A DNA stretch of 64,000 bases from Gammaproteobacteria bacterium (GTDB lineage: Bacteria > Pseudomonadota > Gammaproteobacteria > GCA-001735895). The stretch is taken from assembly GCA_050298595.1 (NCBI GenBank), contig JBNKUM010000024.1:64001-128000 (forward strand), written 5' to 3'. How positions within the stretch are numbered: the first letter of the stretch is position 1; each line of letters starts with the position of its first letter. A program made the position numbers and the translations under genes. Positions 50,722-60,884 of this stretch are shown here, in pieces. Below the pieces are notes generated by a model that searched no databases, was not told the DNA's origin, and saw only the letters and a program-made list of their open reading frames with translations.

Positions 50722-51399
50722 TTAAAGCCGCGCTAAATGTTGAATACTTTTCAGGTCTATCACTTCAATACTGCCTCGCGTCATATTAATCAGTCCTCGC
50801 TCTGCAAAATCTTTCAGAATACGACTAATTACCTCACGAGAACTGCCTACATCTGCGGCTAACTCAGCATGAGTTTTTTGCATAATTCTATTGCCATGCT
50901 CAAGATGACGTACAAGCTGTTCAGCAATACGCACATCAATCCGCTTGAAAGCCACCTCCTCTACCACCGATATGATGTCACTTAAACGAAACGATAACAA
51001 TCCGAAGATAAACTTCTGCCATTCTGGATCTTTACAGAACCAGTCACGCACATGATTAGGCGATACCAAAATTGCAGAGACTGGCGTTTCTGTAGCAGCC
51101 ATAGCCGGGAATGCATTCTGACTCATGATGCAGGAGGCCGTCAGAACACAGCTTTCACCGCCATTGATACGATACAACGTAATTTCTCGACCTGAAGGTG
51201 ACAGCTTGTAAACACGGCCAACACCATCCATTACCATCGCTAGATGAGCACACTGCTGTCCTTCATCACAGATAGAGACCCCTGCTGGTAATTGAATGTA
51301 TTGTACATTTTGGAAAAATGTCTCTATAAATTCGGGGCTACATTTTTTGATAAATGGAAAATGAGATTTAAATAGTTGTTGCTGCTGGATAGAAATCAT
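50722..51399 (-). CDS. Crp/Fnr family transcriptional regulator
   Basis: SGREITLYRI..GESCVLT, HTH THAELAADVGSSREVISRIL. Confidence 0.93.
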   Translation of the reverse strand: MISIQQQQLFKSHFPFIKKCSPEFIETFFQNVQYIQLPAGVSICDEGQQCAHLAMVMDGVGRVYKLSPSGREITLYRINGGESCVLTASCIMSQNAFPAMAATETPVSAILVSPNHVRDWFCKDPEWQKFIFGLLSFRLSDIISVVEEVAFKRIDVRIAEQLVRHLEHGNRIMQKTHAELAADVGSSREVISRILKDFAERGLINMTRGSIEVIDLKSIQHLARL

Positions 51400-51426
51400 T
51401 GAGAAAGAATAGTTATTATTTAGTGA

Positions 51427-51736
51427 TCAAGGTAAATCAACCATAAGTTGACCGTCAACCTCGGAAACCTGATAGATTCGAACCCCGCCAGCCGCTAATA
51501 GGAAAAGCCCCCTGCCCCGTGCGGATATCAAAATGCGCCTGATGCCAGGGACATGAGAGGGTATCCCGCTGTAAATCGCCTTCACACAAGGCTGCAGCCT
51601 TATGAAGGCAGAGGTTATCAAGTAGATAGAATTGCTGATTTTTATAAACTAAAACAAACTGATTACTATCAAGCTGTAGACATTGCACGGCGTACCTGCT
51701 CAATTTCGCCACCTTGCCCAAGCTAATCAGAGGCAT
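51427..51736 (-). pseudogene. Rieske [2Fe-2S] ferredoxin with a frameshift near 51495-51515
   Basis: CLH...CPWH..FDIRTG in one frame; typical C-terminus VRIYQVSEVDGQLMVDLP in another frame. Confidence 0.7.
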
Positions 51737-51739
51737 AAC

Positions 51740-53629
51740 TTAAAGACGGACCTTTACACAATTCCGTCCATTTTTCTTGGCCACAAACAGTGCCATATCA
51801 GCACGTTTGACCATAGAATCATAATTGCCTGTTTCATCGGTTATAGCCGCCACACCAACACTGACCGTAGCGCTGCGATCGCCACTGGGCGTCTTGAAGC
51901 TGGCTTGCTCGACATACTGGCGTATAGATTCGGCAAATTTTTCTGCAGCATTCATATCTACTTTGAGTAAAAGAACACTCAGACCATTTTTACCATATCG
52001 ACCTAACACATCTCGCTCTTTATCAATTTTGGAAAAGATATGCTTCACAATCCCGGCAAACACTTTATAGGCTGTTTGATCGCCATCTTTTTCCCTGATA
52101 GCGGATAAACCATCTACTTCAAACAGTAAAATTGAAAGCGGCTCACCCTCAACTGCAGCAGTGCGATATCGATCCACAGCTATCTGATCCGCATTTTCTC
52201 GGCTAAGGAGTGTTATCGTTTTTTTAGCTGTTTCCGTTTCAGCCTGAATTTTTTCTATAACAGCCCTGGGAATGACCGTTTCATCCCGACCATGGGTACT
52301 CGAAGAGTTAGCCTTAGCCACGACTGCGGTAATATCGCTGGTTATTTCAAGGTCAACAGCGTGGGGGGAAGTATTGCTTATATCTTTTGCGTCCCCTGTT
52401 GGTTGCGGCCTTGAGGGTACTACTGAAACCACTTTTTTTTCTGGAGACGGTGATGGTGGCTGCTTAACTACCTGATGGGCAACCTTCTGAAGCAAATTAT
52501 CAGACATCTGAGCTGCCATATTGGTCCGCTTAAATATCATCATAGCCTGAGCCGTCAGGCTGACACTGGCTGTCATATCCAGACCATCGAATGCTTCCGA
52601 CTTTCTACGCAGACTAATTACTCCAGCCATGGTTGAATCATTAAAAACTGGAATATCCATCCTGAAATGTTGAAATATCTGCTTCTTACGGCCAAAAAAA
52701 CCTTTTTTGATTTCGAACTGAGCACTGATATCGGCCTGACGAGTTTGTGAAAGCTTGGTTAAAAGTTCTTCTGACCAGACCGTGCTGTCTTCCATTTCAA
52801 ACAAGGTACCATCAATTTTATCCGGGGCAGGTTTGGGGCCTTTACCCTCCAGACTGGTATACACATAGGAATCAAATTGAATAACTGGCTTTATATACTC
52901 CAGTAAACGGTTGATCATTTCTTTAAAATCCTTGATACCGCTCAGCGCCATATCCAGATCAGTCAAGGTATAGGCCCAACTTTCCTGACGCTCATAAGTA
53001 TCAAGTAAGGTACTATGGGTTAAAAAGATCATCCGACGGTATCTTTCCAGCAAATATGAAAGATATATCGCCAGAGTTATTGCAGCGATTTCAACAATAA
53101 CCAGTCCTTTAAGCATGCTAGACGTAGCCTCGAACATATAAGCCATAGCTGTAAAAATCACTACACTGAGGACAGATAAGATTGCTGTGAGCCTGAAATT
53201 TAATACACTCAAACTACCCAGCCAGACCACTAGCAGGCCAATCTCAATAGCATTGAGAATTCGATATTGCTGCAGGAATACCGCAACGAGCAGCACGATA
53301 AAGCTCATTAGTGACGGAATCAACACCCTCATTTTAAGTGCTGATTTACTGTCACTGGATACACCGAAAACTGCGATAGCAGCTGAAATCACTGCAACCA
53401 CCAGAAAAGAATACATCGGAACTGAGGATGTCACACCCAGCACCCACTTCTCCAGCGCAGCAAAACTAAGATTTATCAGAGATAGTGCCAGCAGTGCATA
53501 GCTGCCCGTACTGCGGCCACGATCGAGCTGAAACTTTTGATAGGAATTTTCTACCAGCTCGTCTCTAAATCTAAGCGTAGCAGTTTTTTTATATCGATTG
53601 ATCCGTTCTATCGGCACTAAAAGACCCAC
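51740..53629 (-). CDS. Membrane protein with GAF-like region and degenerate GGDEF domain
   Basis: About 6 TM helices; RYGKNGL replaces RYGGEEF; TVSVGVA, RADMALFVAKKNGRN. Confidence 0.88.
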   Translation of the reverse strand: MGLLVPIERINRYKKTATLRFRDELVENSYQKFQLDRGRSTGSYALLALSLINLSFAALEKWVLGVTSSVPMYSFLVVAVISAAIAVFGVSSDSKSALKMRVLIPSLMSFIVLLVAVFLQQYRILNAIEIGLLVVWLGSLSVLNFRLTAILSVLSVVIFTAMAYMFEATSSMLKGLVIVEIAAITLAIYLSYLLERYRRMIFLTHSTLLDTYERQESWAYTLTDLDMALSGIKDFKEMINRLLEYIKPVIQFDSYVYTSLEGKGPKPAPDKIDGTLFEMEDSTVWSEELLTKLSQTRQADISAQFEIKKGFFGRKKQIFQHFRMDIPVFNDSTMAGVISLRRKSEAFDGLDMTASVSLTAQAMMIFKRTNMAAQMSDNLLQKVAHQVVKQPPSPSPEKKVVSVVPSRPQPTGDAKDISNTSPHAVDLEITSDITAVVAKANSSSTHGRDETVIPRAVIEKIQAETETAKKTITLLSRENADQIAVDRYRTAAVEGEPLSILLFEVDGLSAIREKDGDQTAYKVFAGIVKHIFSKIDKERDVLGRYGKNGLSVLLLKVDMNAAEKFAESIRQYVEQASFKTPSGDRSATVSVGVAAITDETGNYDSMVKRADMALFVAKKNGRNCVKVRL

Positions 53630-53896
53630 CTAATTCAATAACATGCGAAAAATAAACATAGCACTCCATAAACTAACAGGCCTTATAACCCAATTGCTGA
53701 TACGGAGTAAAAGTTTCAAAATAATATAACTCACGCCATAATGCATGGCAGAATACAGTGAAATAAACTTTCCTAACAATTCATATTAGCATAAATATAG
53801 GAAATTCAAATGCTTAAGAAGAATAATTCAACTTAAATCTTAGCGAACTAAAATGACTCATGAGGCCATATTATTTTCAAAACAAGCACTTAGAAA

Positions 53897-54715
53897 ATGT
53901 ACGATTTATTTTTTTATAGTTCCAAACTTTTCTGGATACTCATTTCACCGGATAGTCTGTTTCTCATATTTTTAACAGCTGGCATTTTTCTGCTGTTCAC
54001 CCGCTGGCAGAAAAAGGCTAGAAAGCTACTTCTATTATTGATATTTCTGGCATGGATACTGGCTCTTCTACCTGTTGGTGACTGGCTTTACTACCCTCTG
54101 GAAAAACAGTTTTCCAGCCACCCAACCCTACCGGGGAAAATTGACGGCATCATTGTGTTGGGTGGTTCGGTGATCCCCTCACTCAGTCAATACTGGCAAC
54201 AGCTGGAAACTAATAATAGTCACGAACGCCTGAGTCAGTTTATCCTGTTGGCAAAACAATATCCAAATGCCCGACTCATATTCACCGGCGGTAACTCAAG
54301 CTTGCGCAAAGATTCACCAACCGAAGCGGAACAGGTAAAGGATTACATCTTACAATCGGGTATCAATGAAAGCAGATTGTTGCTGGAAAATAAGGCGAGG
54401 AACACCTACGAAAATGCTGTTTACAGTAAACGACTGGCCCAACCTGCATTAAATGAAAACTGGATATTGATCACTTCAGCCTACCACATGCCAAGATCGA
54501 TAGGTGTATTCTGCAAACAGGGCTGGGCAACTATCCCCTACCCAGTCGATCATGCCAGTCAGCCAGACAAGTTGTTGACTCCGAGCCTGGAACTATCTGA
54601 CCACCTTTCTAATCTGATAGAAGCCAGCCATGAATGGCTCGGCTTACTGGCTTATTTTGTGAGCAGAAAAACCAGCCATTTAATTCCAAAAGAGTGCAGC
54701 AACAGCCTCGAGTAA
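53897..54715 (+). CDS. YdcF/ElyC (DUF218) family protein
   Basis: GIIVLGG, IFTGG, ENKARNTYENA, LITSAYHMPRS, PYPVD, HEWLG. Confidence 0.92.
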   Translation: MYDLFFYSSKLFWILISPDSLFLIFLTAGIFLLFTRWQKKARKLLLLLIFLAWILALLPVGDWLYYPLEKQFSSHPTLPGKIDGIIVLGGSVIPSLSQYWQQLETNNSHERLSQFILLAKQYPNARLIFTGGNSSLRKDSPTEAEQVKDYILQSGINESRLLLENKARNTYENAVYSKRLAQPALNENWILITSAYHMPRSIGVFCKQGWATIPYPVDHASQPDKLLTPSLELSDHLSNLIEASHEWLGLLAYFVSRKTSHLIPKECSNSLE

Positions 54716-54716
54716 A

Positions 54717-55085
54717 TCAATCAAACTGCTGGGTGCGCAACATCACCAGCGTACAGTCGGCTAATGTCTCTATACCATGCTGCTGGTATTCGCTCATTAA
54801 CTCATCGGATTCGGTTCCGGGGTTAAAGATTATTCGGCGAGGTTTTGCCTGCAAAACATCCTGTATAATCGCCTGATGGCGCTGTGGATTTAAATACAGG
54901 GTAACAGTATCGATAGGCTGCGCTATCTCAGCAATAGACCGATATACCGCTACACCAAGAATTTCACGTCCATTGCCCGACACTGGAAATACTGTATGCT
55001 GATGATCCATCAGCATTTCCTGAGCCTTATAAGCGTAGCGTTGAGGTTTATGGCTAGCACCGATAATTGCTACGGTTAAGGACAT
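54717..55085 (-). CDS. CoA-binding (YccU-like) protein
   Basis: IIGASHKPQRY, DTVTLY, IFNPGTE, CTLVML. Confidence 0.9.
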   Translation of the reverse strand: MSLTVAIIGASHKPQRYAYKAQEMLMDHQHTVFPVSGNGREILGVAVYRSIAEIAQPIDTVTLYLNPQRHQAIIQDVLQAKPRRIIFNPGTESDELMSEYQQHGIETLADCTLVMLRTQQFD

Positions 55086-55732
55086 CAACTTGCCCCATAC
55101 GATAACTTGAAATCGGCGGGTGCTAGATACTCAAACAGATCGTTCCCATCATTATCAACCATTATTCTCACACCCTGTTCAGGGTAAAACCATAGCTCAG
55201 CCGCTTCTTCCACCACTTCGCGTCTACCCGGCTCACCAAAACGTTCACGGATGAAATCCTGATCCATACCTCGATAACTCGGCATAAAAGTTAACGATTT
55301 GATTTTACGTAAACCCTGCTCTGCCTGTTTTTGCTGGGTCAGCGTCCATTTCAAACCTCCCTCCTTGGTGGACATACGTTTTACCGTATCCTGAACCATT
55401 TGTTCTAGTTCCTGCTGAGAGGCATCCAGAGTGGCAATCATACGCGCACCAAATGGTCCTATGGTAACCTTGCCGAAATAAGCTTCCAGAGTGAAGATGC
55501 CGTCCTTTTTCCGATACAGGGCAATCCCATCCAGCTGGCCAAAATGTGCTCGCCCCTGTTCCAGATTAGTCTTATTCAATACAATTCCAAAAACCTCGCT
55601 ATGCATGGGATCATGCACCATCACTTGCCATGGGAGTTCCAGCTGTTGTTCATTTGGTTTTTGAGAGGTTAGATAAAATAATGCGAAAGTCAGCAAGGAA
55701 ACCAAACTGACAATAATGAGGGCTAGTTTCAT
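55085..55732 (-). CDS. Hypothetical membrane-anchored protein
   Basis: N-terminal TM; LPWQ, LEAYFG, RFGEP, WFYPEQG. Confidence 0.75.
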   Translation of the reverse strand: MKLALIIVSLVSLLTFALFYLTSQKPNEQQLELPWQVMVHDPMHSEVFGIVLNKTNLEQGRAHFGQLDGIALYRKKDGIFTLEAYFGKVTIGPFGARMIATLDASQQELEQMVQDTVKRMSTKEGGLKWTLTQQKQAEQGLRKIKSLTFMPSYRGMDQDFIRERFGEPGRREVVEEAAELWFYPEQGVRIMVDNDGNDLFEYLAPADFKLSYGAS

Positions 55733-55809
55733 GGGTATAACAAAATCAATCCAATTGGGCGAGCACTATAGCCGCTCTTGTAAAGCCTGTCAGCTGAAAT
55801 GCTGGCAGG

Positions 55810-58470
55810 CTAAAAATTTAGTGAAATATCTTTATGATGAGCCAGACAACCCGCAAGAGACTCAGCCTGATCAACGGTTAACTTAGCCTGTAATCTCAAA
55901 CCGATATTATCTTTAACCACGTAGTCGAATTTAGCTAACAAAGGTAAAAACTCCTGCTTACCACGTTGCCTCCACTCGACTTCCTCATCAAGTAACTGCA
56001 CTGCCTTGACTAACTCTCCAGCCGCCTTATCTCGATCAGCGCCTTTCTTGAGTGCCCGACGAGCTTTGGAAAGCTTTGATTTTATCGGACTGGCATTCTT
56101 AATATCCGATAAAGCACTTTCAACCGTTTTAATCTGCTGCATAGCAGAGTCGACATCATCATTGCGAATAGCCTGATGCAGGCCTTCGACCGTGGGCTTA
56201 ATAGCGGTCAGATCATCTGCAGCTTCCAGGGTCAGACGCGTATCCAGAATCACCTGATAGCTATCATCCACCAGCCTGCGATATTTATTACGCGCGACCT
56301 TTTCGGCTTTACTGTGCTTTAGAAACTCATCTCGATTCTGTTGCCAGTTATCAGGTATCTGAGCTTTTAACTCAAGATATTCAGCTTCAAGTTGTGTATT
56401 TTGAGCCGTCAGCTTTTCAATACGCACTTGATCAGGCTTATCTGAAAACTCAATCCGTTTTATCTCCGCATCATTGCTATCGATCTGTTTTTTACTGTTA
56501 CGCATCGTGAGCTGCAGATCCCTGGTCTGATGATGCAATGCTGCATACTCAACAGAAAAATCTGCTAAAGATGATGCTGCTACTTTCACATCATCAACAG
56601 CAGCAAATACTTTCGCCATATCTCGATAACTCTCGTTAAGATTTTGCTGATATTTCTCTGGCAGGTAATCAATTCGAGCCTTTTTCAACTCGCTCAGAGA
56701 TGCCTCTATCAAAGACTGATTCTCTGAATACTTTTCAAACAGCATATCTTCCAGACAAAGTTGAATGCGAGGGTTATTGGGCGGTGGGGCGGTATCCGAA
56801 GTCAGATAGGTTCGGTTAGGAAGATAGTTGATCAGTGAAGGGAATGCGCCTGCTATCGTCAGACCCAGTATCTGTAGCGCAATAAATGCTATTGCGCCTT
56901 TATAGATCTGCATAGTTGTTACTGAATCTGGCGCGACTCCACGCAGGTAAAAAAGCGCAAAACCGAATGGTGGCGTTAAAAATGAAGTCTGTATATTCAG
57001 GCCGATCATCACACCCAGCCAAACTGCGGTAACATTTGCCTCAGGATTAGCCAATAAAATTGGCGCTACTATAGGCACAACCACTACCGCTATCTCGATA
57101 AAATCGAGAAAAAAACCAAGCAGAAAAATCACCAGCATGACAACAAAAAACTGCACCCAGAAACCACCTGGCAAACTGGTCAGATAGTGTTTGACCAGCT
57201 CTTCTCCACCAAAAGCGCGGAAGGCCGAGGTAAGCATTGCTGCACCCAGCAGGATGATAAAAACCATTGAAGTCGTCTTGGCTGTTTCAACCATAACCTC
57301 ATTAAGAACATTGCCTGTTCGATAGGCTCGAATAATGGCCCAGGCTACGGCATAAACAAGCACCAGTACCAGCACAAGCGCCACATAGATCGCCATTTGA
57401 TCGGCATCGTTTTTAACATTTTTGATATTAAGATCAAAACTGGATAACAGTAGACTAATACCAACAACCGAAACAAGTGCCATAACAGCCGGATAATAAC
57501 GTGTACGTATTCCTTCAGACAGGCGATAACTTCCCATGATTAAGGCACCTATCGCGCCGATGGCACCCGCCTGATTGACTGTAGCAACGCCCAGAATAAT
57601 CGACCCCAGCACAACAAAAATAAGCAGTAATGGCGGTACCAGTGCTAAAAAAACCTGAAGAAAAAACTGGCGGTCATACTCGCCATCGTATGGAACAGGA
57701 GGTGCTTTTTCGGGTTTTAACATGGCCGATATAAAAATATAGGCCATATACAGCACAACCAGAATCAGCCCGGGAATGAAAGCGCCCATAAACATATCAC
57801 CAGCGCTTGCAGAGACCACATCAAAATCTCCCGGCATGGAGTACTCACCAGTGATAAGCCGATAATCAGCTTTACGTGTAGTATTAGCCTGATCTGCGGC
57901 ACTGGAAAGTTGATCGGCAAGTATGATCAACACAATAGAAGGGGGAATAATCTGTCCCAGTGTGCCCGATGCACAGATAGTCCCACAGGCGAGCGATTTA
58001 GAGTAGTTATTACGCAGCATGGCAGGCAAGGAAATTAACCCCATTGCGATCACAGTTGCACCTACGATACCTGTAGTCGCAGCCAGTAAGGCACCCACAA
58101 AAACAACCGAGATACCCAATCCACCTGGGACAGGGCCAAATAACTGGGCCATAGCCACCAGCAGATCTTCAGCAATACGCGAGCGTTGCAGCATAATGCC
58201 CATGAATACAAATAACGGGATTGCGATCAGGGTGTCGCGCTCAACCTCCCAGTACAGACTTCGCAAATTGGTAACACCAGCACTCAACCACTGGTTTGGC
58301 CCGCCGTTAGAGAAAAAAGCATCGGTATCACCGACAAAGATATAGCCACAAGTGGCCGCTATAGTAATCGCTAAAATCGCTGAGCCAGGCAAAGCAAACG
58401 CGACGGGGAATCCGGAAGATAGCGCAACCACCATCAATAAAATCAGTAATAACAGAAAATAGACTTCCAT
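55810..58470 (-). CDS. TRAP transporter large permease (DctM) with long helical C-terminal extension
   Basis: GFPVAFAL, LIAIPLFVFMG, SGTLGQIIPPS, FLDFIEI, QTSFLTPPFGFALFYL. Confidence 0.93.
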   Translation of the reverse strand: MEVYFLLLLILLMVVALSSGFPVAFALPGSAILAITIAATCGYIFVGDTDAFFSNGGPNQWLSAGVTNLRSLYWEVERDTLIAIPLFVFMGIMLQRSRIAEDLLVAMAQLFGPVPGGLGISVVFVGALLAATTGIVGATVIAMGLISLPAMLRNNYSKSLACGTICASGTLGQIIPPSIVLIILADQLSSAADQANTTRKADYRLITGEYSMPGDFDVVSASAGDMFMGAFIPGLILVVLYMAYIFISAMLKPEKAPPVPYDGEYDRQFFLQVFLALVPPLLLIFVVLGSIILGVATVNQAGAIGAIGALIMGSYRLSEGIRTRYYPAVMALVSVVGISLLLSSFDLNIKNVKNDADQMAIYVALVLVLVLVYAVAWAIIRAYRTGNVLNEVMVETAKTTSMVFIILLGAAMLTSAFRAFGGEELVKHYLTSLPGGFWVQFFVVMLVIFLLGFFLDFIEIAVVVVPIVAPILLANPEANVTAVWLGVMIGLNIQTSFLTPPFGFALFYLRGVAPDSVTTMQIYKGAIAFIALQILGLTIAGAFPSLINYLPNRTYLTSDTAPPPNNPRIQLCLEDMLFEKYSENQSLIEASLSELKKARIDYLPEKYQQNLNESYRDMAKVFAAVDDVKVAASSLADFSVEYAALHHQTRDLQLTMRNSKKQIDSNDAEIKRIEFSDKPDQVRIEKLTAQNTQLEAEYLELKAQIPDNWQQNRDEFLKHSKAEKVARNKYRRLVDDSYQVILDTRLTLEAADDLTAIKPTVEGLHQAIRNDDVDSAMQQIKTVESALSDIKNASPIKSKLSKARRALKKGADRDKAAGELVKAVQLLDEEVEWRQRGKQEFLPLLAKFDYVVKDNIGLRLQAKLTVDQAESLAGCLAHHKDISLNF

Positions 58471-58507
58471 TAAAAACTCCGAGCCTTTCTGATCAATTTA
58501 ATAGCTA

Positions 58508-59560
58508 TCATTCAGTCACTGGCCCCTGCGACGAAGTAGAAGACACATCACCATCAGTAACATTCGAGGTCGTCGTCTTTGGATCGACCAGCTGAGCGAT
58601 ATTTTGCAGCAGATAACTGACAAACTGGATCATCATAGAAACTGAAAAAACCACCAGAAATGCCGCCATAATATATTTGACGTACATGCCGTAGCCACTC
58701 TGAGAGATTTCAAAACTCAACAGAGGACTATTAATACTATTTCCTTTACCGCCCATGCCATGCATCAGAATGACCCAGCACAAGGGTATGCCCAGAAACA
58801 GACAGCCGATGATATTAGACCAGGCTTTTTTTCTCTCACTGAACGCCGCATATAAAACATCCACCCGCACATGCCCTTCGTGTACCAGCGTATAAGCACT
58901 GGCAAACAAAAACAGCGCGGCATACCAGAAACGCACCAGATCTCCCATGAAAGCCTGTTCATAAGAAAATACAAAACGTGTGATTACAATCTGGAATTCA
59001 GCCAGCACCACCATCAATGCCAGCCATGAAAAACTAATATTACGTACAAAAAAAGCAACCACAAAAGAAATGACTAGCAGCGGGTAATGTACATAGGTGC
59101 CGCGATAGGTAGGACGACCCAGTTCTGTTATCAGTGAGTCACTGATAAAAACTTCGAGAAGTTTTTCTACTCGCATAAAAGAAATGATCACATCGGCTGA
59201 GCCGATTAAAAGAACCGCCCAGAAAGCGGCGCGAACCAGATAGGCGGAAAGCTGCTCAAAGCGCTTGGCATCCTCACGCATATCTCTGGTTTTATTTTTA
59301 ATGATATAAAAGACTGCTAGCGCATACACTCCAGCATAAGCAATAACCTGCCACCAGCCCTGAGTGAGCTGCTCGGCATTCAAAGTGTCGGTTTCATCGC
59401 CAACCCAGCCAAAATGACTGAATAACAGATACGGTCCCGGCATATCCTGCCAGTAAACCAGATAGTTATTTAATAGATAGAGAAAAACCGAACTTACCAT
59501 AAAGTAAGCCAGGATTTTACTTGCCAGAGAGATGTGATGGCACTTCAAAAATTTACTCAT
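58508..59560 (-). CDS. TRAP transporter small permease (DctQ) with N-terminal TM extension
   Basis: FLFASAYTLVHEGHVRVDVLY; start taken at MSKFLK after GAGG-like context. Confidence 0.85.
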   Translation of the reverse strand: MSKFLKCHHISLASKILAYFMVSSVFLYLLNNYLVYWQDMPGPYLLFSHFGWVGDETDTLNAEQLTQGWWQVIAYAGVYALAVFYIIKNKTRDMREDAKRFEQLSAYLVRAAFWAVLLIGSADVIISFMRVEKLLEVFISDSLITELGRPTYRGTYVHYPLLVISFVVAFFVRNISFSWLALMVVLAEFQIVITRFVFSYEQAFMGDLVRFWYAALFLFASAYTLVHEGHVRVDVLYAAFSERKKAWSNIIGCLFLGIPLCWVILMHGMGGKGNSINSPLLSFEISQSGYGMYVKYIMAAFLVVFSVSMMIQFVSYLLQNIAQLVDPKTTTSNVTDGDVSSTSSQGPVTE

Positions 59561-59596
59561 CAATTTGAGGTATATTGGAAAAACAACCTGATAATC

Positions 59597-59621
59597 GAAA
59601 CGGAGCCACCGGCTCCGTTTC
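59597..59621 (-). terminator. Stem-loop between dctP and dctQ
   Basis: GAAACGGAGCC-acc-GGCTCCGTTTC. Confidence 0.7.
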
Positions 59622-59640
59622 AAATTAGACAGTACTGAAA

Positions 59641-60732
59641 CTACAGTCCCAGTACTCTATTGCGCTGACGAATGTATTCCACATCAGCAATCTTGGCCCA
59701 ACCACCGACCTCGCTGCGTGATTTAAGAAAACTGTCATGGATACGTTTTGCCAGCTTTGAATGAGCGCGTACTTCAGCAAATACTTCATCAGCCGCTTCA
59801 CCAAAACTGTCGTAGGTATCATCACTGAACTTACGCAGTTTTACGCCCTGTTCATTGACCAGCTTTGCGAGGTATTCACCATTTTTAGCATTGTACTCAG
59901 ACATCATCACCGAGTTTTCCTGTTCAGCAGCTGCATTTACCAGCATTTGATCAGCCTTGGACAGGCCATCCCAAAACTTACGGTTGATACCAACACTTAA
60001 CATGGAACCAGGCTCATGCATACCTGGGTAGTAATAGTACTTGGCAGCTTCGTAGAACTTCATAAAACTATCATTCCAGGGGCCGACCCATTCGGTGGCA
60101 TCAATTGCGCCAGAAACGAGATTTTCATAAATCTGTCCACCAGGCAGGGAAACCGGAGAGGCACCCAACTTGGCCAGAACATCGCCACCAAGACCAGGCA
60201 TACGCATCTTGAGACCTTTGAAGTCATCTGCCGAATTCATTTCCTTGCGGAACCAGCCCCCCATCTGTACGCCGGTGTTACCACAAGCAAGGCACTTTAC
60301 ACCAAACCCACCCGCCAGTTCATCATGCAGTTGAGAACCACCGCCAAAATGGTACCAGGCATTAAATTCAGTGTTAGTCAGGCCAAAAGGCACAGCAGTG
60401 AAATAAGCCCAACCAGGGTGTTTGCCTTTCCAGTAGTAATCTGCGCCGTGATACATTTGGGCATTGCCAGAAGCAACTTCATCCAGCGAATCGAAAGCTT
60501 TTACGCGCTCGCCTGCTGCAAAGTAATTGACCTTCATACGGCCATCAGACATACCTTCTAAACGTTGGGCAAAACGTTGAGCGCCTGTACCCAGACCCGG
60601 AAAATCTCGTGGCCAGGTCGATACCATATTGATTTCTATACGGCTTTTTGCAATTGCAGGTGCAGAGATTACGGCACCAGCACTACCCAGAGCTGCTGCT
60701 ACTCCCGTTTTTAATACATCACGACGTTTCAT
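59641..60732 (-). CDS. TRAP substrate-binding protein (DctP, TakP-like), Tat signal
   Basis: MKRRDVLK..APAIA, YYWKGK, GNTGVQMGGWF, KMRMPGLGG, DATEWVGP. Confidence 0.93.
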   Translation of the reverse strand: MKRRDVLKTGVAAALGSAGAVISAPAIAKSRIEINMVSTWPRDFPGLGTGAQRFAQRLEGMSDGRMKVNYFAAGERVKAFDSLDEVASGNAQMYHGADYYWKGKHPGWAYFTAVPFGLTNTEFNAWYHFGGGSQLHDELAGGFGVKCLACGNTGVQMGGWFRKEMNSADDFKGLKMRMPGLGGDVLAKLGASPVSLPGGQIYENLVSGAIDATEWVGPWNDSFMKFYEAAKYYYYPGMHEPGSMLSVGINRKFWDGLSKADQMLVNAAAEQENSVMMSEYNAKNGEYLAKLVNEQGVKLRKFSDDTYDSFGEAADEVFAEVRAHSKLAKRIHDSFLKSRSEVGGWAKIADVEYIRQRNRVLGL

Positions 60733-60884
60733 TGAATTTTTCCTCTCGTAAAACAAAAATTATTTATATTTTTAGGAGCTAATGTCTGCCGCTAGAGAAC
60801 CGGCAGTTTTAACTGCGACCGATTCTCTACCGATCAGAAATTGATTTCAAGTAAAAATCTGGTTTACTTGAAATCGATAAATGT

